64,000 nucleotides of DNA from Spirochaetia bacterium (GCA_965199955.1 CBDATQ010000001.1:1024001-1088000), one strand, 5' to 3'; numbered from the stretch's first letter, positions 1 through 9,925 are shown. Notes: generated by a model not told the origin, from the letters alone. Made by a program: numbers and translations.

Positions 1-538
1 GCACGATGCGGTAGGTCAGGTCGTCGATCAGCTCGAACTCCGCGAACTCCCCGCCGACGACCAGCGCGTCGCGGGTGCTGGTCTCCACCTCTTCGTTCTT
101 GTAGATCTCGTTGACGCTCCACACGATCTCGTCCGCCGTGATCGGGTCGCCGTCCGACCAGACCAGTCCGCTGCGCAGATGGAGCGTGATCGTCTTCTGG
201 TCTTCGGAGATCTCCCAGCGCTCGGCCAGCCCCGGCTCCCACTCCAGGGTGAGCTGGCTGCGCCGCACGACGCTCGCGAACATCTGATCGGTGATGTCCG
301 TCGTCGAAGTCTCCTTGGCCACGACCGGATTGAAGGTCTTGGCGTCGGAGATGTTGGTCACCACGAACCGGCCGCCGTGGCTGCCGCGCTCCCACGCGGA
401 GTGATCGACTTTGGCGAGCATGTCGATCGGGCTCATCTCCTCGGCCATGACCGCCTCCTCCTGAACGGGAGACGCCCACGCGCCGGTGACGGCCAGTCCT
501 GCGATCAGGATGGCCAGGATGCTCTTCGTCATCTTCAT
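1..538 (-). CDS. ABC transporter substrate-binding protein, family 5 (peptide/nickel); runs off the window start
   Basis: Manual translation: MKMTKSILAILIAGLAVTGAWA (signal peptide) ...SDAKTFNPVV...PGLAERWEISEDQKTITLHLRSGLVWSDGDPITADE; AGGAGG upstream of the ATG. Confidence 0.85.
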   Translation of the reverse strand, partial: MKMTKSILAILIAGLAVTGAWASPVQEEAVMAEEMSPIDMLAKVDHSAWERGSHGGRFVVTNISDAKTFNPVVAKETSTTDITDQMFASVVRRSQLTLEWEPGLAERWEISEDQKTITLHLRSGLVWSDGDPITADEIVWSVNEIYKNEEVETSTRDALVVGGEFAEFELIDDLTYRIV

Positions 539-618
539 CGGAAACCTCCTGCGGTATCGGAGAGATGCTCCGATCCTACCGCATGCTTACCCGTGTTGCC
601 TGCCCTGCCGGGCAGATT

Positions 619-2259
619 TCAGGACAGGACGCCGACAGTGGGGCCGAAGCTGTCCTGGTAGGGCTGCGGGTCGACGCGCACGTCGATCAGTGTGGCGACG
701 TCGGCCGCCAGCGCCGCGGCCAGCTCGCGGCGCAGCGTCTCAGGGTCGTAGACCGTGGCGCCGCGCAGGCCGCTGGCGCGCGCGATCGCGGCGTAGTCGA
801 CCGGTGCGAACTGCAGGGAGTAAGGGTCGAGGCCGCGCGTCTTCTGCCGGGAGCGGATGGTGCCGTGAGCCTGGTCGTTGATGATCAGCAGCGGCACCGC
901 CGCGCCGGTGCGGGCGAAGGTCTCCAGCTCTCCCAGGCGCATCAGCAGGCTGCCGTCGCCGCCGATGCCGAGCACCGGGGTGTCGGGGCGGGCCAGCTTG
1001 GCGCCCAGCGCCGCCGGCACGGTCAGGCCCATCGTGCGCGCGCCGCCGGAGCCGAAGAAGGTGTCCGGCCGCGTGACCGGCCACAGATGGTCGAGCATGA
1101 CGATGAAGACCCCGGTCTCCGAGACCATGATGCCGTCCTCGGGGAGCAGTTCGCGGGCGATCTCTACCGCGTCCTGGGCGGCCAGGCGGGCTTCCGGCGG
1201 CCGGGCAAAGCAGCGCGCCAGGATGTCGGCACGGATGGCGGCCACGCGCTCGGTCGGGTACCCCTCGTCGGTGCGTGCGGGCAGGGCGGCTGTCAGGGCC
1301 GGGAGCGAGGCGGCCAGATCACCGTCGACGCGCACGGTTGCCGGCGACACGATCTCGAAGTCGGGCCGCGCCGCCAACTCACAGGTCGGGATTCCCAGCG
1401 TGCTGTCCCACGTGCCCTCCACGGACAGGCCGTCGACGCCGATCAGCAGCGCGCCGTCCGCCTCGGCCAGGATGCGGTTGGCCAGGATGTTCGGCCCCGG
1501 TAACGCCATGAACACGCCGGCGAAGCGGGGATCGTCCTCGGGCACCGTGCCGCGCGCGTGGAAGCCGTGCAGGACCGCCGGCCGCATGCGGTCGATCAGC
1601 GCACGCACCGCCCCGGATGCGCCGGCCAGGGCGATGTCCGGGCCCAGGATGACCACCGGCCGCCGCCAGCCCGAGACCAGCCTCGCCGCCCGAGCGATCG
1701 CCGCGTCGTCGGGCGGCGGTCCGTCCAGCCGAGGCTCCGTCCGCTCGGTGGGGCCGCTGCCGGCATCGTTCTGCGCCTGGTCGGACGGCAACTGCAGCAG
1801 CGCCGGCCCGGGACGTCCGCCCGCGGCGGCGGCGAAAGCGGCGTCGATGGTGCGGCCCGCATCGCCGGCCGTGTCGACCTGGAGGGTGGCGTTCGACACC
1901 GCGGCGAACAGCGGCTCCTGCTCGCACACCTGGGACATTTCGTTGCGCGCGCCGCTTCCGATGCGCTCGCACAGGCAGACCACCGGCATGCGCTCGAAGA
2001 ACGCGTTGACCGCGCCGGCGGCCAGGTTGCCGGCGCCCGCGCCCTTGATGCCGATCGCCAGACCCGCGCCGCCGCGCAGGTAGCCGTAGTAGGCGGCCGT
2101 GATGGCTGCGCTCGACTCGTGGCCCATCAGCACCAGGTCCATCCCGACGTGGCGTCCGGCCTCCATCAGGTCCATCAGCGCCCCGGATCCGGGCAGCCCG
2201 AAGTAGAGCTCCAGCCCCTCCTGTCGCGCGCGGTCGGCGATCCTCTCGGCGATGGTCAT
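619..2259 (-). CDS. Thiamine pyrophosphate-binding enzyme (acetolactate synthase-like)
   Basis: FGLPG, HESSA (catalytic Glu), GGARTMG, GDGS...IINDQ ThDP motif; start reassigned to MTIAERIA after GGAG. Confidence 0.85.
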   Translation of the reverse strand: MTIAERIADRARQEGLELYFGLPGSGALMDLMEAGRHVGMDLVLMGHESSAAITAAYYGYLRGGAGLAIGIKGAGAGNLAAGAVNAFFERMPVVCLCERIGSGARNEMSQVCEQEPLFAAVSNATLQVDTAGDAGRTIDAAFAAAAGGRPGPALLQLPSDQAQNDAGSGPTERTEPRLDGPPPDDAAIARAARLVSGWRRPVVILGPDIALAGASGAVRALIDRMRPAVLHGFHARGTVPEDDPRFAGVFMALPGPNILANRILAEADGALLIGVDGLSVEGTWDSTLGIPTCELAARPDFEIVSPATVRVDGDLAASLPALTAALPARTDEGYPTERVAAIRADILARCFARPPEARLAAQDAVEIARELLPEDGIMVSETGVFIVMLDHLWPVTRPDTFFGSGGARTMGLTVPAALGAKLARPDTPVLGIGGDGSLLMRLGELETFARTGAAVPLLIINDQAHGTIRSRQKTRGLDPYSLQFAPVDYAAIARASGLRGATVYDPETLRRELAAALAADVATLIDVRVDPQPYQDSFGPTVGVLS

Positions 2260-2282
2260 CGTGGCGCCCTCCAGGGGCGATG

Positions 2283-3098
2283 TTAGACCACGATGTCCTT
2301 GCGCCGGTACCGGATCGCGGAGGCGGTCAGCAGCACGGCCGTGCCCAGCAGGAAGTAGGCGAGCCGGCCGATGGTGAGAACGTAGTCGGGGTCCAGGACC
2401 GACACGTCGAGGAACCGGTAGGGGCTCAGATAACCGATCAGCCGCGCCTTCTCGGTGGTCTTCGAGATGGCGTCCACGAAGAAGCCGCCGAGCGCGATGG
2501 CGACCGCGACGCCGGTCATGCTTCGGCCACGTCGCACCGCGGCCGACAGCAGCAGGCCCAAGGCGGCCAGCAGCGCGGTCAGCAGCAGCACGTACACGTC
2601 GTAGATGAACAGGGCGCGCAGATCGACGGGGTCCGGGCTGAAGCCGGTGACCGCGGCGGCCGACACGGCGAACGTCACGGCGTTGAAGGCGACCACGTAG
2701 ACGTAGGCGGCGGCGGTCTTGCCCGCCCACACCTGCAGGCGCGACAGCGGCTGGGCCAGCAGGAACTCGGCCGTGCGGTCGCGCTCTTCCTTGAGCAGCA
2801 GGTTGGCGCCCAGCGAGGCGGCGAAGATGCCGCCCAGGATGGTGATCACGATGCCGCTCTCGGTGACATGGAAACCGAGCGGCGTCACGAACATCGCCGC
2901 GTCCTCGATGTTGAGCGCCTTGAGCAACCCCTCGGGATAGGCTTCCAGCATGCCGGCAAACGTGTCGCCGGACTCGGCGATCGACGGGAGGAACAGCGAG
3001 TAGAGCACCACCAGGCCGGCGATGATGCCGGTCCAGGCGATCGCCTGCCGGCGGTTGCGGCGCAACTCGTGCGTGAACAGGTGCCAGGCCGGACTCAT
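2283..3098 (-). CDS. ABC-2 type exporter permease
   Basis: About 6 TM segments, EERDRTAEFLLAQPLSR motif, C-terminal YRRKDI; overlaps the ATPase gene. Confidence 0.85.
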   Translation of the reverse strand: MSPAWHLFTHELRRNRRQAIAWTGIIAGLVVLYSLFLPSIAESGDTFAGMLEAYPEGLLKALNIEDAAMFVTPLGFHVTESGIVITILGGIFAASLGANLLLKEERDRTAEFLLAQPLSRLQVWAGKTAAAYVYVVAFNAVTFAVSAAAVTGFSPDPVDLRALFIYDVYVLLLTALLAALGLLLSAAVRRGRSMTGVAVAIALGGFFVDAISKTTEKARLIGYLSPYRFLDVSVLDPDYVLTIGRLAYFLLGTAVLLTASAIRYRRKDIVV

Positions 3099-4006
3099 GC
3101 GGGGTCCTCCGCCGCATCGGCGGCCCCATCCTCCGCGTCACTGCCGTAGTAATGCAGGAACACGTCGTCCAGGGTCGGATCCTCGATCGTCACGTCGACC
3201 ACGCGGCGCCTGGTCAACATGGCGAGCAGGGCGCGCGGCGGTCCGGTGAAGTCGAAGCGCGCGCTGTCGGCATCCACGCTCAGGTTCGCGACGCCGTCGA
3301 TGGCCAGCGCCCGCGCGGGCGGCTCACCGGGGAAGACGGCGCGCACCCGCTTGAGGTGGCGCTGGCGGAGCGTTTCGATCTCCGCCACCTCGACGATGCG
3401 CCCGCTGCGGACGATCGCCACGCGCCGGCACATGCGCTGCACCTCGTCCAGCACGTGGGAGGAGAAAAAGACGGTGGCGCCGCGCCGGTGCTCCTCGCGC
3501 AGCAGGTCGAACAGCACGCCCTGCATCAGCGGGTCCAGACCGGCGCTCGGCTCGTCCAGGATCACCAGCTCCGGTCGGTGCTGCAGCGCCAGCACGACGG
3601 CCAGCTTCTTGCGGTTGCCGGTGGACAGCTCGTCCGCCTTGCGCTGCAAGTCCAGGTCCAGGCGGCCTGCCACCTCCCGGCCCCGGTCCGGGTCCATCCC
3701 GTGCATGCGGCTGGCCAGGCGGAGGATCGCCTCGCCGGTCATGCCGCCGTAGAAGCCGATCTCCGCGGGGATGTAGCCCAGCCGGCGGCGGATGTCGATA
3801 CCGCGGCTGGTCACGTCCAGCCCGAACACCGTGGCGCTGCCGCGCGTCGGCCGCAGCAGCCCGAGCAGGGTGCGGATCGTCGTGGACTTGCCCGCGCCGT
3901 TGGGCCCGATGAAACCGAAGAACTCGCCGGCCTCAACGCTCAGATCCAGCCCGTCGATCCCGCGCGTGCGGCCGTAGTACTTGGTCAGCCCGGTTGTTTC
4001 TATCAC
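3095..4006 (-). CDS. ABC transporter ATP-binding protein
   Basis: Walker A GPNGAGKST, LSTGNRKK signature, ILDEP, SSH. Confidence 0.92.
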   Translation of the reverse strand: MIETTGLTKYYGRTRGIDGLDLSVEAGEFFGFIGPNGAGKSTTIRTLLGLLRPTRGSATVFGLDVTSRGIDIRRRLGYIPAEIGFYGGMTGEAILRLASRMHGMDPDRGREVAGRLDLDLQRKADELSTGNRKKLAVVLALQHRPELVILDEPSAGLDPLMQGVLFDLLREEHRRGATVFFSSHVLDEVQRMCRRVAIVRSGRIVEVAEIETLRQRHLKRVRAVFPGEPPARALAIDGVANLSVDADSARFDFTGPPRALLAMLTRRRVVDVTIEDPTLDDVFLHYYGSDAEDGAADAAEDPA

Positions 4007-4007
4007 A

Positions 4008-4057
4008 GGTAATTTTGATTCATCAAAATACCGGATTTACCATCCCAAGGTAAACCG
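4008..4057. promoter_or_regulatory. Two adjacent inverted repeats (putative operator sites) in an AT-rich divergent intergenic region
   Basis: ATTTTGAT-tc-ATCAAAAT (4012-4029, perfect 8-bp arms) and TTTACC-n7-GGTAAA (4036-4054). Confidence 0.55.
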
Positions 4058-4138
4058 ACAGTTTCGTTGTTTCAGACGGCTGCTCGCATGCGAACGCTAA
4101 GCTTGATGCCTGGGTCTGCCGTTGATTAAAGCTGACAC

Positions 4139-4561
4139 ATGAATCAGAGGTCATCCAGACCCGGACGCATCATCGCGCTCGTTGTGGTCGTTGCCGTGGC
4201 TGCGATCATCGTGTACCTCGCGATACGCGACAGCGGGACGGCACCGCCCGAACCGGTTGCGGAGGAAGTCGCCGAGGAACAGGAGCCGGCCCAGGAACAG
4301 GAGCCGGCCCAGGAGCAGGAGCCGGCCCAGGAGCAGCCGGCAACCGACGAGCGAGAGGCTGCCGAGGAGGCGCCGGCCGCCGAATCGGAAGAGCAGGAGG
4401 CAGGCACCGCGGACCAGCCGGCTGCCGAGGAGGCGCCCGCCGAGCAGCCGGCGGCCGGACAAGGGGCACAAGAGTCGGAATCCGAGTCACAGGTCAGCGG
4501 TCCGATTACTCAGGGTCAAGGAGGGGCTCAAGACGAGGAGCCCCCGTCCGTCGAGAAATAG
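4139..4561 (+). CDS. Hypothetical protein: single N-terminal TM helix plus an acidic low-complexity tail
   Basis: IIALVVVVAVAAIIVYL followed by an E/Q/A/P-rich tail. Confidence 0.7.
   Translation: MNQRSSRPGRIIALVVVVAVAAIIVYLAIRDSGTAPPEPVAEEVAEEQEPAQEQEPAQEQEPAQEQPATDEREAAEEAPAAESEEQEAGTADQPAAEEAPAEQPAAGQGAQESESESQVSGPITQGQGGAQDEEPPSVEK
4277..4336 (+). repeat. 18-bp tandem repeat x3.3 encoding EQEPAQ
   Basis: GARCAGGAGCCGGCCCAG at 4277, 4295 and 4313, partial copy at 4331. Confidence 0.9.
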
Positions 4562-4791
4562 TCTGTCTTCGTGGTCGGCTTGCGCGCCACCGGGATCCCC
4601 AGCGCGCGCGGGCCGATCGACGTGGGTTGGCCGGCATGTTCAAGCGAGGCGTGATCCTGCCGTCGCTCTGCCGCGCCTCGGTCCGGTTCACCGCACCGTC
4701 GTCTCTCCGGGATCCCTGAGGTCATCCGGGATCACGGCCAGTCGGAACACTTGCCGAAGGGTGTCTCGGCTGGGGGGCGTCTCAAGCACGC

Positions 4792-5232
4792 CTACCGTCC
4801 CGCGACGGCGTCTACATATTCCTTGACGATCATCAGGTCTTCAAACAGACCGTTCGACAACAGTGCCAGCGGAGACTTCCCGCTCAGCAACGAGTGTGGC
4901 TCTCGCAGCCACTCGTTTTCGACATCCAGATCGCGGAACAGGGAGCGCAGGGTCGCCCGGATCGCATACAGATATGCGATCCGGGCTCGAACATCCCGTC
5001 CGCGCAAGGACTCGCGTCCGTCAAGAGCGGCGTCTACGTGGTCCGCGTCGGACTGGTCGAAGCCGAGGAGACCGACGACTTGGTACCTCTCCAAGCTCCA
5101 GAACTCCATCAGCTTCAAGACGAACTGGACCGGCCCCGTGAGCCTCTCTCTCGACGTCTGGCGCGTCAAGCGTTCCCGAATCTCATAATCGCCGCCCGAT
5201 TGAGCCAAAGCCTCGCGGCGTTCCGCATCCAC
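4792..5232 (-). CDS. Antitoxin Xre/MbcA/ParS-like protein (C-terminal toxin-binding domain)
   Basis: RIAYLYAIRATLRSLF..ENEWLREPHSLLSGKSPLALL.G..DLMIVKEYVD matches the MbcA/ParS C-terminal pattern. Confidence 0.75.
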   Translation of the reverse strand: MDAERREALAQSGGDYEIRERLTRQTSRERLTGPVQFVLKLMEFWSLERYQVVGLLGFDQSDADHVDAALDGRESLRGRDVRARIAYLYAIRATLRSLFRDLDVENEWLREPHSLLSGKSPLALLSNGLFEDLMIVKEYVDAVAGR

Positions 5233-5670
5233 CGGCGGCGCCAGATATCACGGCAACGCCACGTGTGGCGGACCATGGCCACATAAAGGTGCCGCTCTCG
5301 GTGATGCGTCGCAGGCCTGCCTTCATCATGTCGTCGCGCCCGATGTGAGTCCGTGTTCGCGGGGAGCTGAGACGACGAATCCTGAACGGAGGTGGCTCGA
5401 TGTCAGTGACGAGACATGAGTCTCCGGTTGAATCTCCATATAGTCTTCACCGAGCATGCGTGACTCACCGTCGCCGGTACGTGTGGGCGTGCCGATCGGC
5501 TGACATACTGGAATTGTCGCTCGGCTCCGTCAAGGAGTTGATGGGCGCGTGATGCGTCGATGCAGCGAGGTTTGGGAGGAGTGACCGAAGGATCTCGTGG
5601 TTTGACGGTGTTCGGGCACGCCCATACCATGATCGGCAGCCGTCCCCGGTAGACGATACGTGCCCACCAC

Positions 5671-6936
5671 ATGAGCATCCTTCAATCCGACAGCGCTCTG
5701 CGTGCGCACGCACCGCTCGACGTCGTGGTGGTGGGCGCCGGCATGTTTACCCGTGATGTCATCCTGCCGTCGCTCTACCACCTGCAGCGGAGCGGCGAAG
5801 TGGGCTCCATCTCGCTCGCGGCCACCAGCACCGCCCGGCTGGCGCCGTTGGCCTCCGACGAGGAGCTCGCGGAGGCGTTCCCCGGCCAGGGGTTCACGGC
5901 GTACCCCGGCGTCGCAGACGCCGGCCGCGACCCGCGGGCGTACCTGCGCGCCCTGGCTGCGCTGGCCCCGCAGCAGCTTGTCTTCGTGGCCGTGCCCGAT
6001 CACCTGCATCACGAGATCATCCTCGACGCGCTGCAGCGCGACCAGCACGTCTACAGCGTCAAGCCGCTGGTGCAGCGGTACGAGCAGGGCCGCCAGATCG
6101 GCGAGCTTGCCGCCGAGCGCGGACTGTTCGTGGGGATCGACTACCACAAGCGCTTCGACCGCCGCTCTCTGGTCGCCCGCCGCCAGTACGGGCGCGGCGA
6201 CTTCGGGCAGTTCGCCTACGGCGAGGCCAGGCTGTTCGAGCCCTACTTCTACCGCCACTCGAACTTCCAGAACTGGTTCACCTGCGACAACAGCGACCCG
6301 TTCACCTACGTGGGCTGCCACTACGTGGACCTGGTGTACTTCATCACCGGCCTGCGTCCCGTGGCGGTCAGCGCCGCCGGCGCCACCGGCGCCTTTCCCA
6401 ACGGCAACACCGGCTACCTGTGGGCGCATGGACGGGTGCACTGGGAGAACGGCGCGATCCTGTCGGTGAGCGCCGGACTGGGCTATCCGGACGCCGGCGC
6501 CGGCTCCAATGATCAGGGGATGACGCTGTATTGCGAGGGAGACGGCTGTACCGGGCTCATCGACCACGACGACCAGGACCGCGGCGTCGAGTACGCCTAC
6601 GTGGCGGCGACCGGTCCGGGCGGCAGCCGGTTCAACTTTGTCAGTCCCGATTTCTTCCGGCTGGCGCCGCGGGAGGGCGCCGGCGCGGACGCGATCGGCT
6701 ACGGCTACGAGTCGATGGCCGCCGCCGTGCAGGCGGTGCGCGCGCTCCGCGACCTCCCGGTGGACGGGCGGCGCGCCCGCCTGCAGGAGATCGACCGGAA
6801 CGGCCTGATCGCCACGCCGTTCAACAGCGGCATCAACGAGCTGGTCGTGGAGGCTGCTCGGCAGTCGCTGGCGTCCGCCGGGGCCGCGGTCCACATCAGC
6901 TACGAGGGGACGCCGGGGGTCATCGATGGCTGCTGA
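5671..6936 (+). CDS. Gfo/Idh/MocA family oxidoreductase
   Basis: VVVVGAGM Rossmann fold, VAVPDHLH, VKP, YHKRFD. Confidence 0.85.
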   Translation: MSILQSDSALRAHAPLDVVVVGAGMFTRDVILPSLYHLQRSGEVGSISLAATSTARLAPLASDEELAEAFPGQGFTAYPGVADAGRDPRAYLRALAALAPQQLVFVAVPDHLHHEIILDALQRDQHVYSVKPLVQRYEQGRQIGELAAERGLFVGIDYHKRFDRRSLVARRQYGRGDFGQFAYGEARLFEPYFYRHSNFQNWFTCDNSDPFTYVGCHYVDLVYFITGLRPVAVSAAGATGAFPNGNTGYLWAHGRVHWENGAILSVSAGLGYPDAGAGSNDQGMTLYCEGDGCTGLIDHDDQDRGVEYAYVAATGPGGSRFNFVSPDFFRLAPREGAGADAIGYGYESMAAAVQAVRALRDLPVDGRRARLQEIDRNGLIATPFNSGINELVVEAARQSLASAGAAVHISYEGTPGVIDGC

Positions 6937-8344
6937 GTTCTCGCTGGAACCGGTGGCGGTCCCGCCGGTGCACACCAGTCACCGCCGCATCTGCACGCCG
7001 TTGCCGGTGCCGGAGTCGCTTCCCGTGCTGGAGCGGCTGCGCGCGGCCGAGCCGCGCGCCATGGCCGGGCAACCCCCAATCGTCTGGGACCGCGCCGACG
7101 GTTTCCAGGTGTCCGACCGCTGGGGCAACACCTGGATCGACTGGTCGTCGGGCGTCCTGATCGCCAACGCCGGCCACGGCCGCCGCGAGATTCGCGACGC
7201 CGTGACCGACGCGGTGTCGCGCCCGCTGCTGTCCGCCTACGTGTTCCCGCACGAACGGCGTGCGCGGCTCGCCGCCCGCCTGCAGGCCCTCGCCCCCGAC
7301 CCCGACAACTACACCGTGTTCGTGGTCACCACCGGCAGCGAAGCCAACGAGGCGGCCATCAAGCTCGCCAAGACCCACGGGCTTCGCCGGCACGGGCCGG
7401 CCAAGCGGGTGATCGTCTCCTTCCGCAATGCGTTCCACGGCCGCACGATGGGCGCGCAGCTCGCCGGCGGCATGGCCGCCCAGCACGAGTGGCTGAACGG
7501 GGAGGGGGCGACCTTCCTCCGCGTGCCGTTCCCGGACGGGTTCAAGAACCCGGACACCTCCTTCGAGGGATTTCTGGCCGCGATCGCCGAGTCCGGCGTC
7601 GAGCCCGCCGAGATCGCCGGCATCATCGCCGAGTCGTACCAGGGGGTCGGCCCGGACTTCCTGCCCGCGGCGTACGCGCAGGCGCTGTGCGCCTTCGCGG
7701 CCGAGCACGACATCGTCACCATCTTCGACGAGGTGCAGTCCGGCTTCGGGCGCACCGGCCGCATGTTCTGCTTCGAGCACTACGGCGTCACGCCGGACCT
7801 GATCACGTGCGGCAAGGGCATCACCTCCAGCCTGCCGCTGGCGGCGGTGATCGGCCGGCGCGACATCATGGACGTGTACCCGCCGGGGTCGATGACCTCC
7901 ACGCACTCCGGCAACCCGATCGGCGTGGCGGCCGCGCTGGCCAACCTCGACCTCATCGAGCGTGAGCACTTGGTGGAGCGGGCGGAGGCGCTCGGGCGCA
8001 TTCTGATGGAGGAGCTGGCCCGGATCGTCGCGCCGCACTCGTCGGCGCTGGCGTGCCTGACCGGCCGCGGGCTGGTCGCCGGCATCCAGGTGATGCGCCC
8101 CGGATCCGGGCCGGCCGGCACGAGGGAGCCCGACGCCGCCACGGCGGCGGCCATCGTCCAGGCCTGCTACCGGCGGGGCCTGCTGATGTTCGCGCCGGTG
8201 GGGGTGGCAGGCGAGTGCGTAAAGATCGCCCCGCCGCTGGTGATCACCGAGGAGGCGCTGCGGGAGTCGCTTGCGGTGTTTCGCGAGGCGTGCGCCGAGG
8301 TGCTGGACGGCCCCGATCCTGCTCCAGGTACGCCAGGGCGATAA
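6926..8344 (+). CDS. Class-III PLP-dependent aminotransferase
   Basis: GSEANE, FHGRT, FDEVQSGFGRTG, CGKG (PLP Lys), THSGNP. Confidence 0.9.
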   Translation: MAAEFSLEPVAVPPVHTSHRRICTPLPVPESLPVLERLRAAEPRAMAGQPPIVWDRADGFQVSDRWGNTWIDWSSGVLIANAGHGRREIRDAVTDAVSRPLLSAYVFPHERRARLAARLQALAPDPDNYTVFVVTTGSEANEAAIKLAKTHGLRRHGPAKRVIVSFRNAFHGRTMGAQLAGGMAAQHEWLNGEGATFLRVPFPDGFKNPDTSFEGFLAAIAESGVEPAEIAGIIAESYQGVGPDFLPAAYAQALCAFAAEHDIVTIFDEVQSGFGRTGRMFCFEHYGVTPDLITCGKGITSSLPLAAVIGRRDIMDVYPPGSMTSTHSGNPIGVAAALANLDLIEREHLVERAEALGRILMEELARIVAPHSSALACLTGRGLVAGIQVMRPGSGPAGTREPDAATAAAIVQACYRRGLLMFAPVGVAGECVKIAPPLVITEEALRESLAVFREACAEVLDGPDPAPGTPGR

Positions 8345-9515
8345 CGGCCAGCGCGCCGACCACGAGGGCCAGCACCGTCCACTGCAGCGCGGCGTCGAGT
8401 GAGGACGCGTCCGCCAGCAGCCCCGTGACCGACGCACCGATGCCTGCCGGCAACCCGCCCAACCCGATCACCAGTCCGGCGGCGACGCCGGTCGCATGCG
8501 GCCGGCGCTCCTGCGCCATGACGATGGCCACCGGCAGCGTGGCTCCGAGGGCGGCGCCGAGCACGGCCACCGCCGCCAACTGCACCGACGGCAACCCGTG
8601 GATGAAGGTCAGGTGCGCGGGGATGGTCAGGAGCGCTGCGCCCAGGAGCGTACGGGTCCGGCCGATGCGGTCGGACAGCCGGCCCCCCGACAGGCTGCCC
8701 GCCCCGACGGAGCCCATGAACAGCACCAGCGGCCAGGCCGTGGAGCCCAGCGACTCGGCGGTCCAGGTGGGCAGGAAGCTGGTGATCGAAAGCTGGAACC
8801 AGCTCCGCGACATCGCGAACACCACGATCAGGGCCAGCGGAAGGACGGGATGGATGCGACGCTCCGCACGCGGCCGCGCCGGTGACGGAAATGGCCCGGA
8901 GCCCGACTGGGCGCCGTCCGCGGCCGCGTCGCCGCCGGACGCGAGCGCCCGGGGCGCGAGCAGCCGCCACACCAGCAGCGCCGATCCCAGCCCGACCACC
9001 ACCGCCGCGCCGGTGCCGGGCAGGCCGAACAGACCGAGCGCCACGGCCATCACGGCCGGGCTCAGCGCCGAGCCCAGGTTGCCGCCCACGGAGAACAGCG
9101 ACATGGCAGCCCCGCGCCGCTGCCGTCCCTCGGGTCCGGCCGCAATGCCCGCCACGCTCATCGCACCGGCGGGATGGAACGCGCCGCCGCCGAAGCCGCC
9201 CAGCCCGGCAAGCACCAGCGCCAGCCAGTACGAACCGGTCAGACCGATGAGCCCCATGAACAGCCCCGACCACGCCAGGCTGATGACGATGATCCGCTGC
9301 GGTCCCCAGCGCTGCGCCAGCGCGCCCAGCCACGGCTGCGGCAGGGTGCCGCAGGCGGAGTGCACCAGTGCGATCAGCCCTACCTGTGTGAACGAGAGCC
9401 CCAGCAGGGGGATCAGCAGCGGGTACGTGACCGGCAGGAAGTTGTTGGTGATCTCCAGCAGCAGGTGTCCGACCGCGCCCAGCGCGATCGGCCGGCGGCT
9501 CGCGGTCACCCGCAC
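8244..9515 (-). CDS. MFS transporter (Fsr-like); start uncertain
   Basis: About 12 TM segments, GxxxFHP, SLFSVGGNLG, GRLSDRIGR; 3' end overlaps the aminotransferase convergently. Confidence 0.8.
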   Translation of the reverse strand: MRVTASRRPIALGAVGHLLLEITNNFLPVTYPLLIPLLGLSFTQVGLIALVHSACGTLPQPWLGALAQRWGPQRIIVISLAWSGLFMGLIGLTGSYWLALVLAGLGGFGGGAFHPAGAMSVAGIAAGPEGRQRRGAAMSLFSVGGNLGSALSPAVMAVALGLFGLPGTGAAVVVGLGSALLVWRLLAPRALASGGDAAADGAQSGSGPFPSPARPRAERRIHPVLPLALIVVFAMSRSWFQLSITSFLPTWTAESLGSTAWPLVLFMGSVGAGSLSGGRLSDRIGRTRTLLGAALLTIPAHLTFIHGLPSVQLAAVAVLGAALGATLPVAIVMAQERRPHATGVAAGLVIGLGGLPAGIGASVTGLLADASSLDAALQWTVLALVVGALAVIALAYLEQDRGRPAPRRTPRETPQATPAAPPR

Positions 9516-9535
9516 AGCGGGTGGGTTCGCTTCGC

Positions 9536-9925
9536 TCAAGCGAGAAGCGGCTGGGTGCGCTCCACAAGCTGCAGGGCGATGCCCCACGGGTCGCGCAGGA
9601 AGATCAGCGTGTCGCCGCCGCCGGTGGCGCGCGGCTCGCCGTGAAGCTGCGCGCCGGCCGCGGCGAGCTCCCGGGCCTGCTCGACCGCGTTCGGGGAGGT
9701 GAAGGCCAGGTGCAGCACCATCGGATCCTGTGCGGCGTAGTCGGGCATGGGAGCGTCTTCGAAGCGGTACAGCTCCAGCACGGTTTCGCCATCGCCGTCG
9801 GCCAGGAAGGTGGTATGGGTAGGCGCCCCGCTCTGGCGGACGATCCGCATGCCCAGGTTGGCGACGTACCAGTCGGCGATCGCCGCGGGATCGGGGACGT
9901 TCAGCGCGATGTGTTCGATCTTCAT
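9536..9925 (-). CDS. VOC/glyoxalase family protein
   Basis: IEHIALNV, LELY, HLAF, FLRDPWG..LQL. Confidence 0.88.
   Translation of the reverse strand: MKIEHIALNVPDPAAIADWYVANLGMRIVRQSGAPTHTTFLADGDGETVLELYRFEDAPMPDYAAQDPMVLHLAFTSPNAVEQARELAAAGAQLHGEPRATGGGDTLIFLRDPWGIALQLVERTQPLLA

Noticed and set aside
619..3141. 840-aa ORF as an N-terminally extended ThDP enzyme
   Set aside because: The upstream part overlaps the ABC permease in another frame. The real start is ATG 2259, preceded by GGAG.
5233..5670. Short ORFs or an ncRNA in the spacer upstream of the antitoxin
   Set aside because: There is no recognisable protein motif, RBS or convincing structure, so it is left unannotated.
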